NCBI GenBank assembly: GCA_947625355.1 | Contig: CANQOA010000004.1 | Span: 15,262-79,261, forward strand | Direction: 5' to 3' | From: an uncultured Oscillospiraceae bacterium | Lineage (GTDB): Bacteria; Bacillota; Clostridia; Oscillospirales; Oscillospiraceae | DNA length: 64,000 bases | Shown: positions 1 through 9,223 of the stretch, in pieces | How positions within the stretch are numbered: the stretch's first letter is position 1 | Layout of the letters: the number at the start of each line of letters is the position of its first letter | The notes under the pieces: generated by a model | The model's database searches: none | The model's input: only the letters and a program-made list of their open reading frames with translations | Told to the model about the DNA's origin: nothing | Made by a program: the position numbers and the translations under genes

Positions 1-519
1 CGGCATGAACCAGGCCAGCAGGAACGGCGCCGCGTTCATCGCCGTCATCGCCAGGGTGCGGGGCAGCTTCAGGATGGTCAGGATGCAGGCGTTGCGGCAA
101 TGCTCCATCAGCGAGTTCTCATACCGCACCAGCAGCGGGAACAAGTAGCCCGCCACCGCCAGCACCGCCAGCGCCAGCACGGCCACCACGCCCCGCAGCA
201 CCGCCAGGGCCGCGCCGGAGAGATAGATCTGTCCGATCAGCAGGTCGCAGCCGAAGCTGGCCGCCAGCAGCAGCATCGCCAGCCACGCGATCGTCGCCTG
301 GCGGAAATTATCCCGAAAGGCCCGGAAAAAGGTCCGGAGGATGCCCGGCTCCCCGCCCAGGGAAAAGCCCTGCACCACCTTGAGCAGCCCGCAGAGAGAC
401 GCCCCCGCGGTCACCACGGGAAGGCAGCACACACAAAACAGGAAGTTCGCGATCATCAGGTCCCCGATCCGGCACAGCAGCTGGATGAAGGGATTGTCAT
501 AGTTGAGCAGAGATCTCAT
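1..519 (-). CDS. YesL/DUF624 family membrane protein; the 3' end runs off the window
   Basis: Absent from the ORF track because it has no in-window stop. My reverse translation from the ATG at 519 gives MRSLLNYDNPFIQLLCRIGDLMIANFLFCVCCLPVVTAGASL...FFRAFRDNFRQATIAWL, the typical DUF624 N-terminus. A GGGGAGG SD lies 5 nt upstream. It overlaps the end of the regulator gene. Confidence 0.7.
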   Translation of the reverse strand, partial: MRSLLNYDNPFIQLLCRIGDLMIANFLFCVCCLPVVTAGASLCGLLKVVQGFSLGGEPGILRTFFRAFRDNFRQATIAWLAMLLLAASFGCDLLIGQIYLSGAALAVLRGVVAVLALAVLAVAGYLFPLLVRYENSLMEHCRNACILTILKLPRTLAMTAMNAAPFLLAWFMP

Positions 520-1276
520 CATTACCTCCCCTGGCCTGGTTTTCGCGCCGCAGCTCCCCGGGCGAGACGCCGAAATAGGCCTTGAAATGGACGTAGAAGC
601 GGTTTGGCTGGCTGTATCCCACCGTGCGGGCGATGACGGATATCTTCTCCTGGGTCCCGGCGAGCAGGCGCCGGGCCTGCTCCATGCGGCAGGCGGTCAT
701 GTACTCCGAGAGCTTCATGCCCGTGTCACGCAAAAAGACCCGGCCCAGGTATTTGCTGTTCATGTGCAGGCCCGCCGCGATGGAAGTGAGCGAGACGGGG
801 GGGTGTTCCATCCCATTATGCGCCAGGAGCAGGATCTTGTTGGTCAGGCCGGACAGCCGCGCGCGGTCCACATGCAGGATGGGATCGACGCCGGCGTCCT
901 CCGCGGGCGCGCCGGGCAGGACCCGATCCAAAAAGGCCGTCACCTCGCCGGCGTCCACGGGCGTGAGCAGAAAGTCGCTGGCGCCGGCGCGCATGGCCTG
1001 GAGGATGCGCTCCGTCCCGCCGCCGTCGGAGACGACGCAAAAGGCGGTCTCCAGCCCGGCGGAGCGAAGCAGCCGGATCAGCTCGTTGCCGGTCCGGTCT
1101 CCCAGCTGCCGGGCGACCAGCGCCGCGTGGGGGCGTATATCCAGGGCCAGGTCCACCGCCGCCTCAAAGCTGTCCGCCTCGGCGACGGTATCGGGGCCGG
1201 ACCCTCCCTTGGGCAGGAGCGCGCGTATGCCGGCCCGGACCGCGGCGCTGCCGTCCGCGATGAGGAGCCTGTACAT
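497..1276 (-). CDS. AraC-type response regulator (YesN-like) with a degenerate receiver domain
   Basis: 259-aa ORF with an N-terminal CheY-like fold pattern and a C-terminal AraC HTH (...SVIARTVGYSQPNRFYVHFKAYFGVSPGELR). It starts 1 nt after the mannosidase stop. See the finding on the missing acceptor Asp. Confidence 0.8.
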   Translation of the reverse strand: MYRLLIADGSAAVRAGIRALLPKGGSGPDTVAEADSFEAAVDLALDIRPHAALVARQLGDRTGNELIRLLRSAGLETAFCVVSDGGGTERILQAMRAGASDFLLTPVDAGEVTAFLDRVLPGAPAEDAGVDPILHVDRARLSGLTNKILLLAHNGMEHPPVSLTSIAAGLHMNSKYLGRVFLRDTGMKLSEYMTACRMEQARRLLAGTQEKISVIARTVGYSQPNRFYVHFKAYFGVSPGELRRENQARGGNDEISAQL

Positions 1277-1277
1277 A

Positions 1278-3674
1278 TCAGCGCACGTCCCAGACGGATC
1301 GGACCGTCCAGCAGGCAGCCAGCTCCTTCGCGGAGCGGTCCGTCCGGGCCATGACGCGATAGGGCTCCCGGTCCGTCAGGGCGAAGCCGTTGTCGCTGAG
1401 CACGCAGTCGAAGTCCGTGAAGTCCAGCGTGACGCCCCGGGCGAACACGTCCGAACGCACGTCGATGGCCACGCCCTCGGCCGTGTCGGTGAATTGGGCG
1501 GTGATATGAGGCTCGCGCCAGGCAAAGTGCTTGGGCGGGACGAGCAGCTCGGTCTGGCGCATGATGAACGCGCCGTCACCGTCATAAAGGTCCGCGCAGA
1601 TGTAGGTCTCATAGAGGTCCGCCGCGTCCACCGGGCAGGAGAACACGTCCGGGGAGGACAGCGCCGCCGCCTGGACGTCGAAGCGATGCTCCTGCAGTAC
1701 GGTGAAGTCGGACCGGCATACGGCCAGATGCACGCTGCCCCGGAAGGGCACCCGCGTCTCGTTGGCGATGTTCACGGTGAGGCGGTCCCCCTCCAGGAAC
1801 AGGGCCATGGCCACGGGGGCGTAGAATTTTTTCGCCGCGTAATGCAGCAGCTTGTACCGGCCGAAATAGTCCACGCTGGACCAGCTGGCCACCGGCCAGC
1901 AGTCGTTGAACTGCCAGTAAACGGAGCCCATGCACCGGCCCCGGTTGCGGCGGAAGTGCTCTACGCCGTACTTGATGGCGTCGGCCTGCATCAGCTGGGA
2001 GGCGTAGACCAGCGCCTCGAAGCTGGTGGGGTAGAGATAGGTGTCCGCCAGATACCGGAGGATCTTGCCGTTGCCGCCCCGGCACTTCTGGTGGTTCTCC
2101 ATGACCCGGGAGAAGCAGTTCATGTCCTGCTCTTCGCAGAAGCTGCGGACGGTCTTTATAGAGGGGAAGCTCTCGAAGCCGTACTCGGAGCAGAAGCGGA
2201 AGTCCAGTTCCCGGTAGGAGGTGAAGGGCAGCCCGCCGTGCCACACGGCCCAGTAATGGCTGTCGCCCCGGGCCGGGTCGCTGGTATCCTTGAAGCCGCC
2301 GCCCGCCGAGGGGCTGGAGGGCCAATAGAAGATGTCCGGCGCCACGCGCTGGCACATCTCGGGCAGCAGCCGCTCGTAGAGCTGGATGTAATCCTCCCGC
2401 ACCAGCTGGCTCTCTCCCACGCCGGCCCACTCCAGCACGGCCACTTCCATCTCGTTGTTGCCGCACACCAGGCCCAGACTGGCGTGATGGCGCAGCCGGC
2501 GGAGGTTCTCCTCCGTCTCGGTCATGAACTCCCGTTCGAACTGTTCCGTCAGGCGCACGTTGGCGCAGGCGATCATGAAGTCCATCCAGACCAGGATGCC
2601 CTTCTCGTCGCACAGATCGAAGAAATGGTCGTCCGGGTAATACCCGCCGCCCCAGACGCGGAGGCAGTTGAAGTTGGCGTCCAGGCACCAGGTCATCATC
2701 TGGTCCAGGCGTTCGTCCGTCATGCGGCCCAGCAGGTTCTCCTGGGGCACATAGTTGGCGCCCATGGCAAAGACCTTGACCCCGTTGAGCACGAAGCAGA
2801 ACTCGCTGCCCTTGCCGTCCGGGTCGGGCTGGGTGCTGACGGTCAGGGTCCGAAGGCCGATGCGCTTATGGTCCCTGTCAATGACGAGCCCGTCCCGGAC
2901 CAGCTCCACGTCCAGATCGTAGAGGACCTGGTCCCCGTAGCCCCGGGCCCACCAGAGTTTGGGGTCCTCCACGGTGATGAGGCCCCGGCCGTCCTTCAGC
3001 TTGACCCGCTGGCCGTCCAGGCAGGCGTATACCTCGCACCCGGCGGCGTGGGCCGTCTCCACCGCCAGGACCACGTCCACGGCGTTTTCCCGGTGGCGCT
3101 GCCGGACGGCCACGTCCGTGATCCGGTCCGTGTCGTACCCCTCCAGAAGGACAGGCCGCCAGATGCCCATGTCGGGCAGTGTGGGGCCCCAGTCCCAGCC
3201 GGACATGTACAGCGCCTTGCGCAGATGGGCCGCGCCGGGGAGGGTGTCGCCGTCGTTGGTATAGAGATAGTGGCGGGCGTTCTGCTCCCGGAAATACCGC
3301 GTCGGCGAGGAGAATTCCAGCCGCAGCGTATTTTTGCCGGGCAGGAGCCGCCCCTTCACGTCGTACGTATAGGACCGGTGCATGTTCTTCACCTGGCCCA
3401 GGAACTCCCCGTTGAGGGTGATGGCGCAGATGGTGTCCAGCCCCCGGAAGGTCAGCTCCACATAGTCGTGGTCCAGCAGCGCCCCGTCCGCCTCGAATAC
3501 GGCCTCAAAGGCGCAGTCCTTTTCCGCCAGCGTGCTCAGCACGCGCTCGTTGAGCCCATAGAAGGGGTCAGGGATCTTTTTGTTCTCATAGAGGACGCCA
3601 TAAAAGGTACAGGGGGCCTGGCAGGCGAGCGGCTCCACGCCCTCGCAATACATGGTCCAGTCGCGGATGAACAT
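1278..3674 (-). CDS. GH2 beta-mannosidase
   Basis: The ORF is trimmed to MFIRDWTMYCEG... (ATG at 3674 with a GGGAGGG SD upstream). The translation carries typical beta-mannosidase segments (LNGEFLGQVKNMHRSYTYDV, YMSGWDWGPTLPDMGIWRPV, NCLRVWGGGYYP). Confidence 0.85.
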   Translation of the reverse strand: MFIRDWTMYCEGVEPLACQAPCTFYGVLYENKKIPDPFYGLNERVLSTLAEKDCAFEAVFEADGALLDHDYVELTFRGLDTICAITLNGEFLGQVKNMHRSYTYDVKGRLLPGKNTLRLEFSSPTRYFREQNARHYLYTNDGDTLPGAAHLRKALYMSGWDWGPTLPDMGIWRPVLLEGYDTDRITDVAVRQRHRENAVDVVLAVETAHAAGCEVYACLDGQRVKLKDGRGLITVEDPKLWWARGYGDQVLYDLDVELVRDGLVIDRDHKRIGLRTLTVSTQPDPDGKGSEFCFVLNGVKVFAMGANYVPQENLLGRMTDERLDQMMTWCLDANFNCLRVWGGGYYPDDHFFDLCDEKGILVWMDFMIACANVRLTEQFEREFMTETEENLRRLRHHASLGLVCGNNEMEVAVLEWAGVGESQLVREDYIQLYERLLPEMCQRVAPDIFYWPSSPSAGGGFKDTSDPARGDSHYWAVWHGGLPFTSYRELDFRFCSEYGFESFPSIKTVRSFCEEQDMNCFSRVMENHQKCRGGNGKILRYLADTYLYPTSFEALVYASQLMQADAIKYGVEHFRRNRGRCMGSVYWQFNDCWPVASWSSVDYFGRYKLLHYAAKKFYAPVAMALFLEGDRLTVNIANETRVPFRGSVHLAVCRSDFTVLQEHRFDVQAAALSSPDVFSCPVDAADLYETYICADLYDGDGAFIMRQTELLVPPKHFAWREPHITAQFTDTAEGVAIDVRSDVFARGVTLDFTDFDCVLSDNGFALTDREPYRVMARTDRSAKELAACWTVRSVWDVR

Positions 3675-3732
3675 ACAAAACCCTCCCAATATGGCCGGAA
3701 GCGCCTCGCGGGCCCGGTCGGTATCTTTTGGT

Positions 3733-3759
3733 ATAATAGCCGTATCACGGCTATTATAG
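3733..3759. promoter_or_regulatory. Perfect 11-bp inverted repeat TATAATAGCCG-N5-CGGCTATTATA carrying a TATAAT on each strand
   Basis: Read directly from the sequence. Each TATAAT is preceded by TGn (an extended -10) on its own strand. It lies in the divergent region between the mannosidase operon and the M13 peptidase. Confidence 0.45.
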
Positions 3760-3846
3760 CATGGAACGGCGGGCAAGGGCAACAATAGGGATAAAAAATC
3801 ATCGCGCCGCGATCGGGGCCGGAGCGTCCGCGGTGCTACAAAAAGA

Positions 3847-3875
3847 TTGATTTTTGCAAGGGATACATGTATAAT
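3847..3875 (+). promoter_or_regulatory. Sigma-A-type promoter for the M13 peptidase (TTGATT-17-TATAAT)
   Basis: TTGATT at 3847-3852, a 17-nt spacer, TATAAT at 3870-3875. Confidence 0.5.
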
Positions 3876-3952
3876 CCCCTCCAGGCGGGCGTGATATGAT
3901 GCCCGCGCTATTGCGGGCAGCGGGTGCCGCTGCAGAAGGGAGAATGAGCAAG

Positions 3953-5971
3953 ATGAAAGTGGAACGAGTTCTGTCGTTCATCCTGGCACTGACGATGGTG
4001 CTGGGGTGCTGCGGCACGGCCTTTGCCGGGTCGGAGGACGCCGGTATCCTGGATTTCCTGCCGGAGACCAAGCCCTCGCCGGAGGACGACCTGTACGGCT
4101 ATGTGAACTTTGACCGGCTGGGCGAGGTGGAGATCCCCACGGGCTACGCGGCCTGGGACGGCTTCACCGAGAACGATCTGGAGATCTCCGACGAGCTGAA
4201 CGAGATCGTGGACGAGTGCGTGGCCAACGCCGGGACGTATGAAAAGGGGACCCCGGAGCAGAAGATCGCGGACCTGTACCTGTCCTATGTGGACGAGGAC
4301 AGCCGCAACGCCACGGGGATCGAGCCGCTGCGCCCCTATCTGGACGCCATCGAGCAGGCCGGGACCGTTCAGGAATATGTGGAGGCGATCGCCTCCCTGT
4401 GCGGCGAGGTGGGCTTTTCGAGCCTGCTGTCCTTCGGCGTGGGAACGGACCTCTATGATTCCACCCACTATACCGCCTATGTGAGCCGGGCGGACCTGGG
4501 GCTGGGCAAGGAATACCTGGAGGACGAGAGCATGTCCCCCTATTGGGACCTCTATAAGACGTTCATCACGGAGCTGTTCGTGCTGTACGGCGTCCCCGAG
4601 GAGGAGGCCGCCGAAAAGACCGAGGCCGTGTTTGCCCTGCAGACGCAGCTGGCCGGCCCGTCGCTGTCCGAGGAGGATATGTACGATTATTCCAAGGCGT
4701 ACCTGCCCATGAGCATGGACGAGGTGGCCGCGCTGCTGCCCACCGTCGACATGGCGCCGGTGATGGAGAAGTTCCAGATGAGCGGGGCGGAGCAGTTCCT
4801 GGTGGAGGACCAGGGCCAGCTGGAGGCCATCGGCCAGACGCTCACCGAGGAGAATCTGCCGGTGCTGAAGGACTTCTCCGTCGCCACGTTGCTCAAGGAC
4901 ATGTCCTCTTATGTGGGCATGGACTACCGGCAGGCGGCGCTGGACTACTCCGCGGCCATGAACGGCGTCACCCCCAGAGAGCTGGCGGAGTCGGCCAAGA
5001 GCGCGGTCCAGGCGGATCTGGAGTGGGATTTTGCCAAGATCTATGTGGAGAAGTATTTCCCCGAGGACAGCAAGCAGGAAGTGCTGGACATCGTCAACGA
5101 GATCCTGGACTGGTTCGCCGGGCGCATCGACGAGCTGGACTGGATGGGCGACGAGACCAAGGCGGCCGCCAAGAAGAAGCTGGACACCATGACCGTGAAG
5201 ATCGGCTATCCCGACAGCTATGATTTCGTGGCCTATCTGGACGATGTGGAGTATGTATCCCCGGCGGACGGCGGGAGCCTCATCGAGAACCAGCTGAATC
5301 TGTTCCGGGCCAGCGCCGCTTACAGCAACAGCCTGCTGGGCGAGGAAGTGGACAAGACCGCCTGGGGCATGACGCCGCAGACCGTGAACGCCTACTATAA
5401 CCCCTCCGCCAACGAGATCGTGTTCCCCGCGGGCATCATCCGGGGCGCGTTCTTCGATCCGGAGGCCAGCCGGGCGGCCCATCTGGGCGGCATCGGCGCG
5501 GTCATCGGCCATGAGCTGACCCACGCTTTCGACAGCTCCGGCGCCAACTTCGACGAGAACGGCAACCTGAACATGTGGTGGACCGAGGAGGACTATGCCA
5601 ACTTTACGGCGCTGCAGCAGGACATCATCGACTATTACGACAATTACGAGGTGCTGGACGGCGTCACCGTCAACGGGAACCTGACCCTGACCGAGAACAT
5701 CGCCGATCTGGGCGCCATGCACTGCGTGACAGAGCTGTGCGGGGACGACCCCGAGGCTCTGCAGGAGCTGTTCACCGCCTGGGCGCAGGTGTGGGCCATG
5801 AAGGAGTCCCAGGAGTATTTCGATTACCTGATCCGTTTGGACTCCCACTCCCCCAACTCCGTCCGGGTCAACGCGGTGGTGAGCGCCACCGACGCGTTCT
5901 ATACGGCCTATGACGTCCAGGAGGGCGACGGCATGTACGTGGCCCCCGAGGCCCGCGTCGGCATTTGGTGA
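3953..5971 (+). CDS. M13 family (neprilysin/PepO-like) zinc endopeptidase, predicted lipoprotein
   Basis: HELTHAFD zinc motif and ENIADLGA motif. The N-terminus MKVERVLSFILALTMVLGCCG has a lipobox. I prefer the ATG at 3953 (9 nt after GGGAGA) over 3944 or 3896. Confidence 0.85.
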   Translation: MKVERVLSFILALTMVLGCCGTAFAGSEDAGILDFLPETKPSPEDDLYGYVNFDRLGEVEIPTGYAAWDGFTENDLEISDELNEIVDECVANAGTYEKGTPEQKIADLYLSYVDEDSRNATGIEPLRPYLDAIEQAGTVQEYVEAIASLCGEVGFSSLLSFGVGTDLYDSTHYTAYVSRADLGLGKEYLEDESMSPYWDLYKTFITELFVLYGVPEEEAAEKTEAVFALQTQLAGPSLSEEDMYDYSKAYLPMSMDEVAALLPTVDMAPVMEKFQMSGAEQFLVEDQGQLEAIGQTLTEENLPVLKDFSVATLLKDMSSYVGMDYRQAALDYSAAMNGVTPRELAESAKSAVQADLEWDFAKIYVEKYFPEDSKQEVLDIVNEILDWFAGRIDELDWMGDETKAAAKKKLDTMTVKIGYPDSYDFVAYLDDVEYVSPADGGSLIENQLNLFRASAAYSNSLLGEEVDKTAWGMTPQTVNAYYNPSANEIVFPAGIIRGAFFDPEASRAAHLGGIGAVIGHELTHAFDSSGANFDENGNLNMWWTEEDYANFTALQQDIIDYYDNYEVLDGVTVNGNLTLTENIADLGAMHCVTELCGDDPEALQELFTAWAQVWAMKESQEYFDYLIRLDSHSPNSVRVNAVVSATDAFYTAYDVQEGDGMYVAPEARVGIW

Positions 5972-6192
5972 TCGATCGCGCGAGCCGGATCGGACCGGCG
6001 GACCTTTCGCAGCGCGGAGGCCATCCCTGCATGGGGATGGCCTCTTTTTTGTTCGGCCCGGGCCGCAAAAGTCGCGATCGCGCATTGAAGATGGCGTGCT
6101 TTTGCGGTAAAATCAAAGCACAGCGATACCAGGACGTTATATACTATATGGATTCAAGTAAAGGAGGGCCGCGCTGCGCGGTCGGAACGGCT

Positions 6193-9100
6193 ATGACATT
6201 TGATCACAACAGACTCAGGGACCCCGGCTATTTTGCCGAGAACCGCGCGGCGGCGCATTCGGACCATGCGGCCTATGCCAGCTTTGAGGAGCTGGCCTCG
6301 GGCGAGAGCGGCCTGCGCTTTTCGCTGAACGGCAGCTGGAAGTTCTTCCACGCCCTGAATGAGGCCCAGATCATCCCCGGCTTTGAGGCGGCGGGATATG
6401 ACTGCCGGCCCTGGGCGGACATCGCCGTGCCCGCCCACATCCAGATGGAGGGCTACGGCGTGCCCCAGTACTGCAACGTCCAGTACCCCTGGGACGGCTG
6501 GCAGCAGACGGACTTCGGCCAGGTGCCGGAGGAATATAATCCCGTGGCCTGCTACGTGAAGTATTTCTACCTGCCGGAGCGGATGCGGGGCAAGCGGGTT
6601 TTCGTCTCCTTCCAGGGGGCGGAGAGCTGCGTGGCGGTGTGGCTGAACGGCCATTACATCGGCTATGCGGCCGACTCCTTCACCCCGTCGGAATTCGAGC
6701 TGACGGAGCACCTGGCCGAGGGGGAGAACAAGCTGGCCTGCCGGGTCTACCGCTGGAACGCGGGCAGCTGGGCGGAGGACCAGGACTTCTTCCGGTTCTC
6801 CGGACTGTTCCGGGAGGTGTATCTGTACGCCGTGCCCGCGGTCCATGTGCGGGACATCCGGATCAAGACCCTGCTGGACGACGATTATCGCGGCGCTTCG
6901 GTGGAGCTGTCCGCCCAAATGGAGGCGGCGGACGGCTGGATGCTGCGGCTTGCCTTGAAGGACGGTGCGTCGGTCATTGCCGAGGCGGAGCGCCGGGGCG
7001 AGGGGGACGCGCTGACGCTCACCCTGCCCGCCGGCGAGCCGGAGAAGTGGAGCGCGGAGTCGCCCAAGCTCTATTCGCTTTTCATCAGCGCGTTCACCCG
7101 GTCGGGGGAGCTGACGGAGGTGATCGAGCAGAAGGTGGGCTTCCGCCGCTTCGAGCTGAAGGACGGCATCATGTGCCTCAACGGCAGACGGATCGTCTTT
7201 AAGGGCGTGGACCGGCACGATTTCTGCGCCGAGACCGGACGGGCCGTCGCCCCGGACAAGATCCGCCGGGATCTGGTCACCATGAAGCGCAATAACATCA
7301 ACGCCATCCGCACTAGCCACTATCCCAACAGCAGCGCGCTGTACGCGCTGTGCGACGAGCTGGGGCTGTACGTGATCGACGAGAACAACATGGAGACCCA
7401 CGGGGCCTGGGACCGGGCGTCCCGCCTGGGCAAGGCCGTGGAGCTGGCCCTGCCCGGCGACCGGGCGGAGTGGCGGGACGTGCTGCTGGACCGGGTGAAC
7501 AGCACCTACCAGCGGGACAAGAACCACCCCTGCGTGCTCATCTGGAGCCTGGGCAACGAGTCCTTCGGCGGTAGCGTGATCCATGAGATGAGCAAGCTCT
7601 TCCACCGCCTGGACGACACCCGCCTCGTCCACTACGAGGGCATCATCCACGACCGGCGGTATAACGATACCTCGGACATGGAGAGCCAGATGTACACCCC
7701 GGCGGCGGGCGTCCGGCAGTTTTTGTCCCAGCACCGGGACAAGCCCTTCATCCTGTGCGAGTATGCCCACTCCATGGGCAACTCCACCGGCGCGCTGCAC
7801 AAATACACGGAGCTGGCCTATGAGCAGCCCCTGTACCAGGGCGGCTTCATCTGGGACTACATCGACCAGGCCATCCGCGTCAGGGACCGGTACGGGAACG
7901 CCGCCTACGCCTACGGCGGGGACCTGGACGACCGGCCCACGGATCATAACTTCAGCGGCAACGGCGTCGTATACGCCGACGGCGCCCCCTCGCCCAAGCT
8001 GCAGGAGGTCAAATACTGCTACCAGGACATTTTCGCCGAGGTGGGCAAAGATTCGGTGACGGTGAGAAACCGGAGCATGTTCACCCCCACCTCCGCCTAT
8101 GACTGCGTCGTGACGCTGGCCCGGGACGGGGCGGTGCTCCGCCGGGCCGCGCTGGCGACCGACGTGCCGCCCCAGGGGGAGGCGGTCTATCCGCTGCCGT
8201 TCCCGGCCCAGACCCTGGGCGGGGAGTACGCCGTGACCGTGTCCTTCCGGCTGCGGGAGGACACGCTCTGGGCGGAGCGGGGCCACGAGGCGGCCTTTGG
8301 CCAGGGCGTGTATACGGTCCCGTCCGCGCCAAAAACGGAGCGGCGCCGGCCTCTGCGCGTGGTGCGGGGCGTGAACAATCTTGGCGTGCTGGGAGACGGG
8401 TTCGAGGCGCTCTTCTCCTATGCCGCCGGGGGCCTGGTCTCCTACCGCTTCGGCGGGAAGGAGATGCTCCGGACCATGCCCATGCCCAACTTCTGGCGGG
8501 CGCCCACCGACAACGACCGGGGCTGGGGCATGCCCCAGCGATGCGCCCAGTGGAAGATCGCGTCCTTGTATGCCTCCCAGCGGGGGGTGGAGCAGGACGC
8601 CGCCTCGACGGTGACGGAGGACGCCGACGGGTCCGTGTCGATCCGGTTCCGGTACGCCCTGCCCACCGCGCCGGCGGCACAGTGTGAGGTGACCTATACC
8701 GTCCGTCCCGACGGCCGGGTGGACGTGGCGCTGGACTGCGATGCGGCGGGACTACCCATCCTGCCGGAGTTCGGCATGATGCTCAAGCTGGACGCAGACT
8801 ATGATCATGTGAGGTGGTACGGCCTGGGGCCCGAGGAGAATTACGCGGACCGCCGCCACGGCGCGCGGCTGGGCATCTGGGAAAAGGGCGTGCGGGAGAA
8901 CGTGTCCCGCTACCTGGTGCCCCAGGAGTGCGGCAATGTGACCGGCGTGCGCTGGGCGGAGGTCACGGACTATAAGGGCCGGGGCCTGCGGTTCGAGGGC
9001 CAAGAGATGGAGTTTTCTGCCCTGCCCTACACCCCCCATGAGCTGGAGAACGCCGCCCACGGCTATGAGCTGCCGCCGGTGCACTATACGGTGGTCCGGG

Positions 9101-9222
9101 CGGCCCTGGCGCGGATGGGCGTGGCCGGGGACGACAGCTGGGGGGCCATGCCCCACCCGGAGTATATGCTCGACACGTCCAGGCCGCTTCAGTTCCGCTT
9201 CAGCTTCCGGGGGGTGATGTGA
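6193..9222 (+). CDS. GH2 beta-galactosidase (LacZ-like)
   Basis: Long ORF with LacZ-type blocks (NAIRTSHYPN, WSLGNESFGG, ILCEYAHSMGNS, NFWRAPTDND, ECGNVTGVRW). The start is uncertain: ATG at 6193 or at 6148, both in frame and neither with a well-spaced SD. Confidence 0.85.
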   Translation: MTFDHNRLRDPGYFAENRAAAHSDHAAYASFEELASGESGLRFSLNGSWKFFHALNEAQIIPGFEAAGYDCRPWADIAVPAHIQMEGYGVPQYCNVQYPWDGWQQTDFGQVPEEYNPVACYVKYFYLPERMRGKRVFVSFQGAESCVAVWLNGHYIGYAADSFTPSEFELTEHLAEGENKLACRVYRWNAGSWAEDQDFFRFSGLFREVYLYAVPAVHVRDIRIKTLLDDDYRGASVELSAQMEAADGWMLRLALKDGASVIAEAERRGEGDALTLTLPAGEPEKWSAESPKLYSLFISAFTRSGELTEVIEQKVGFRRFELKDGIMCLNGRRIVFKGVDRHDFCAETGRAVAPDKIRRDLVTMKRNNINAIRTSHYPNSSALYALCDELGLYVIDENNMETHGAWDRASRLGKAVELALPGDRAEWRDVLLDRVNSTYQRDKNHPCVLIWSLGNESFGGSVIHEMSKLFHRLDDTRLVHYEGIIHDRRYNDTSDMESQMYTPAAGVRQFLSQHRDKPFILCEYAHSMGNSTGALHKYTELAYEQPLYQGGFIWDYIDQAIRVRDRYGNAAYAYGGDLDDRPTDHNFSGNGVVYADGAPSPKLQEVKYCYQDIFAEVGKDSVTVRNRSMFTPTSAYDCVVTLARDGAVLRRAALATDVPPQGEAVYPLPFPAQTLGGEYAVTVSFRLREDTLWAERGHEAAFGQGVYTVPSAPKTERRRPLRVVRGVNNLGVLGDGFEALFSYAAGGLVSYRFGGKEMLRTMPMPNFWRAPTDNDRGWGMPQRCAQWKIASLYASQRGVEQDAASTVTEDADGSVSIRFRYALPTAPAAQCEVTYTVRPDGRVDVALDCDAAGLPILPEFGMMLKLDADYDHVRWYGLGPEENYADRRHGARLGIWEKGVRENVSRYLVPQECGNVTGVRWAEVTDYKGRGLRFEGQEMEFSALPYTPHELENAAHGYELPPVHYTVVRAALARMGVAGDDSWGAMPHPEYMLDTSRPLQFRFSFRGVM

Positions 9223-9223
9223 G

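Noticed and set aside
624-3788. Very long ORFs antisense to real genes. Examples are 624-3788 (1054 aa, opposite the mannosidase), 29416-32184 (922 aa), 32732-37180 (1482 aa, opposite dnaE), 46218-49205 (995 aa, opposite dnaK/dnaJ), 3908-6085, 6154-8286, 9200-11206, 18690-20948 and 20957-22714.
   Set aside because: These are typical shadow ORFs of a high-GC genome, where stop codons are depleted in the antisense frames. The translations are Arg/Gly/Pro/Ala/His-rich and low in complexity. None has an SD or a recognisable domain. In every case the opposite strand encodes an unmistakable conserved protein.
6160-6168. A strong SD-like AAAGGAGGG upstream of the beta-galactosidase gene with no in-frame start at the proper spacing.
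   Set aside because: The only start-like codon at 5-10 nt is an out-of-frame CTG opening a 10-codon ORF. This most probably means my start call (6193 versus 6148) is uncertain, not that a hidden gene exists.
5965-6192. N-terminal extensions of track ORFs, including 5965, 18597, 26893, 37276, 38564, 39738, 44496, 51096, 52060, 52374, 58506, 62206, 14333 and 3785.
   Set aside because: In each case the extension overlaps the upstream gene or an intergenic terminator or promoter, and reads as Arg/Pro-rich noise. An internal start with a proper SD coincides with where the conserved protein family begins.
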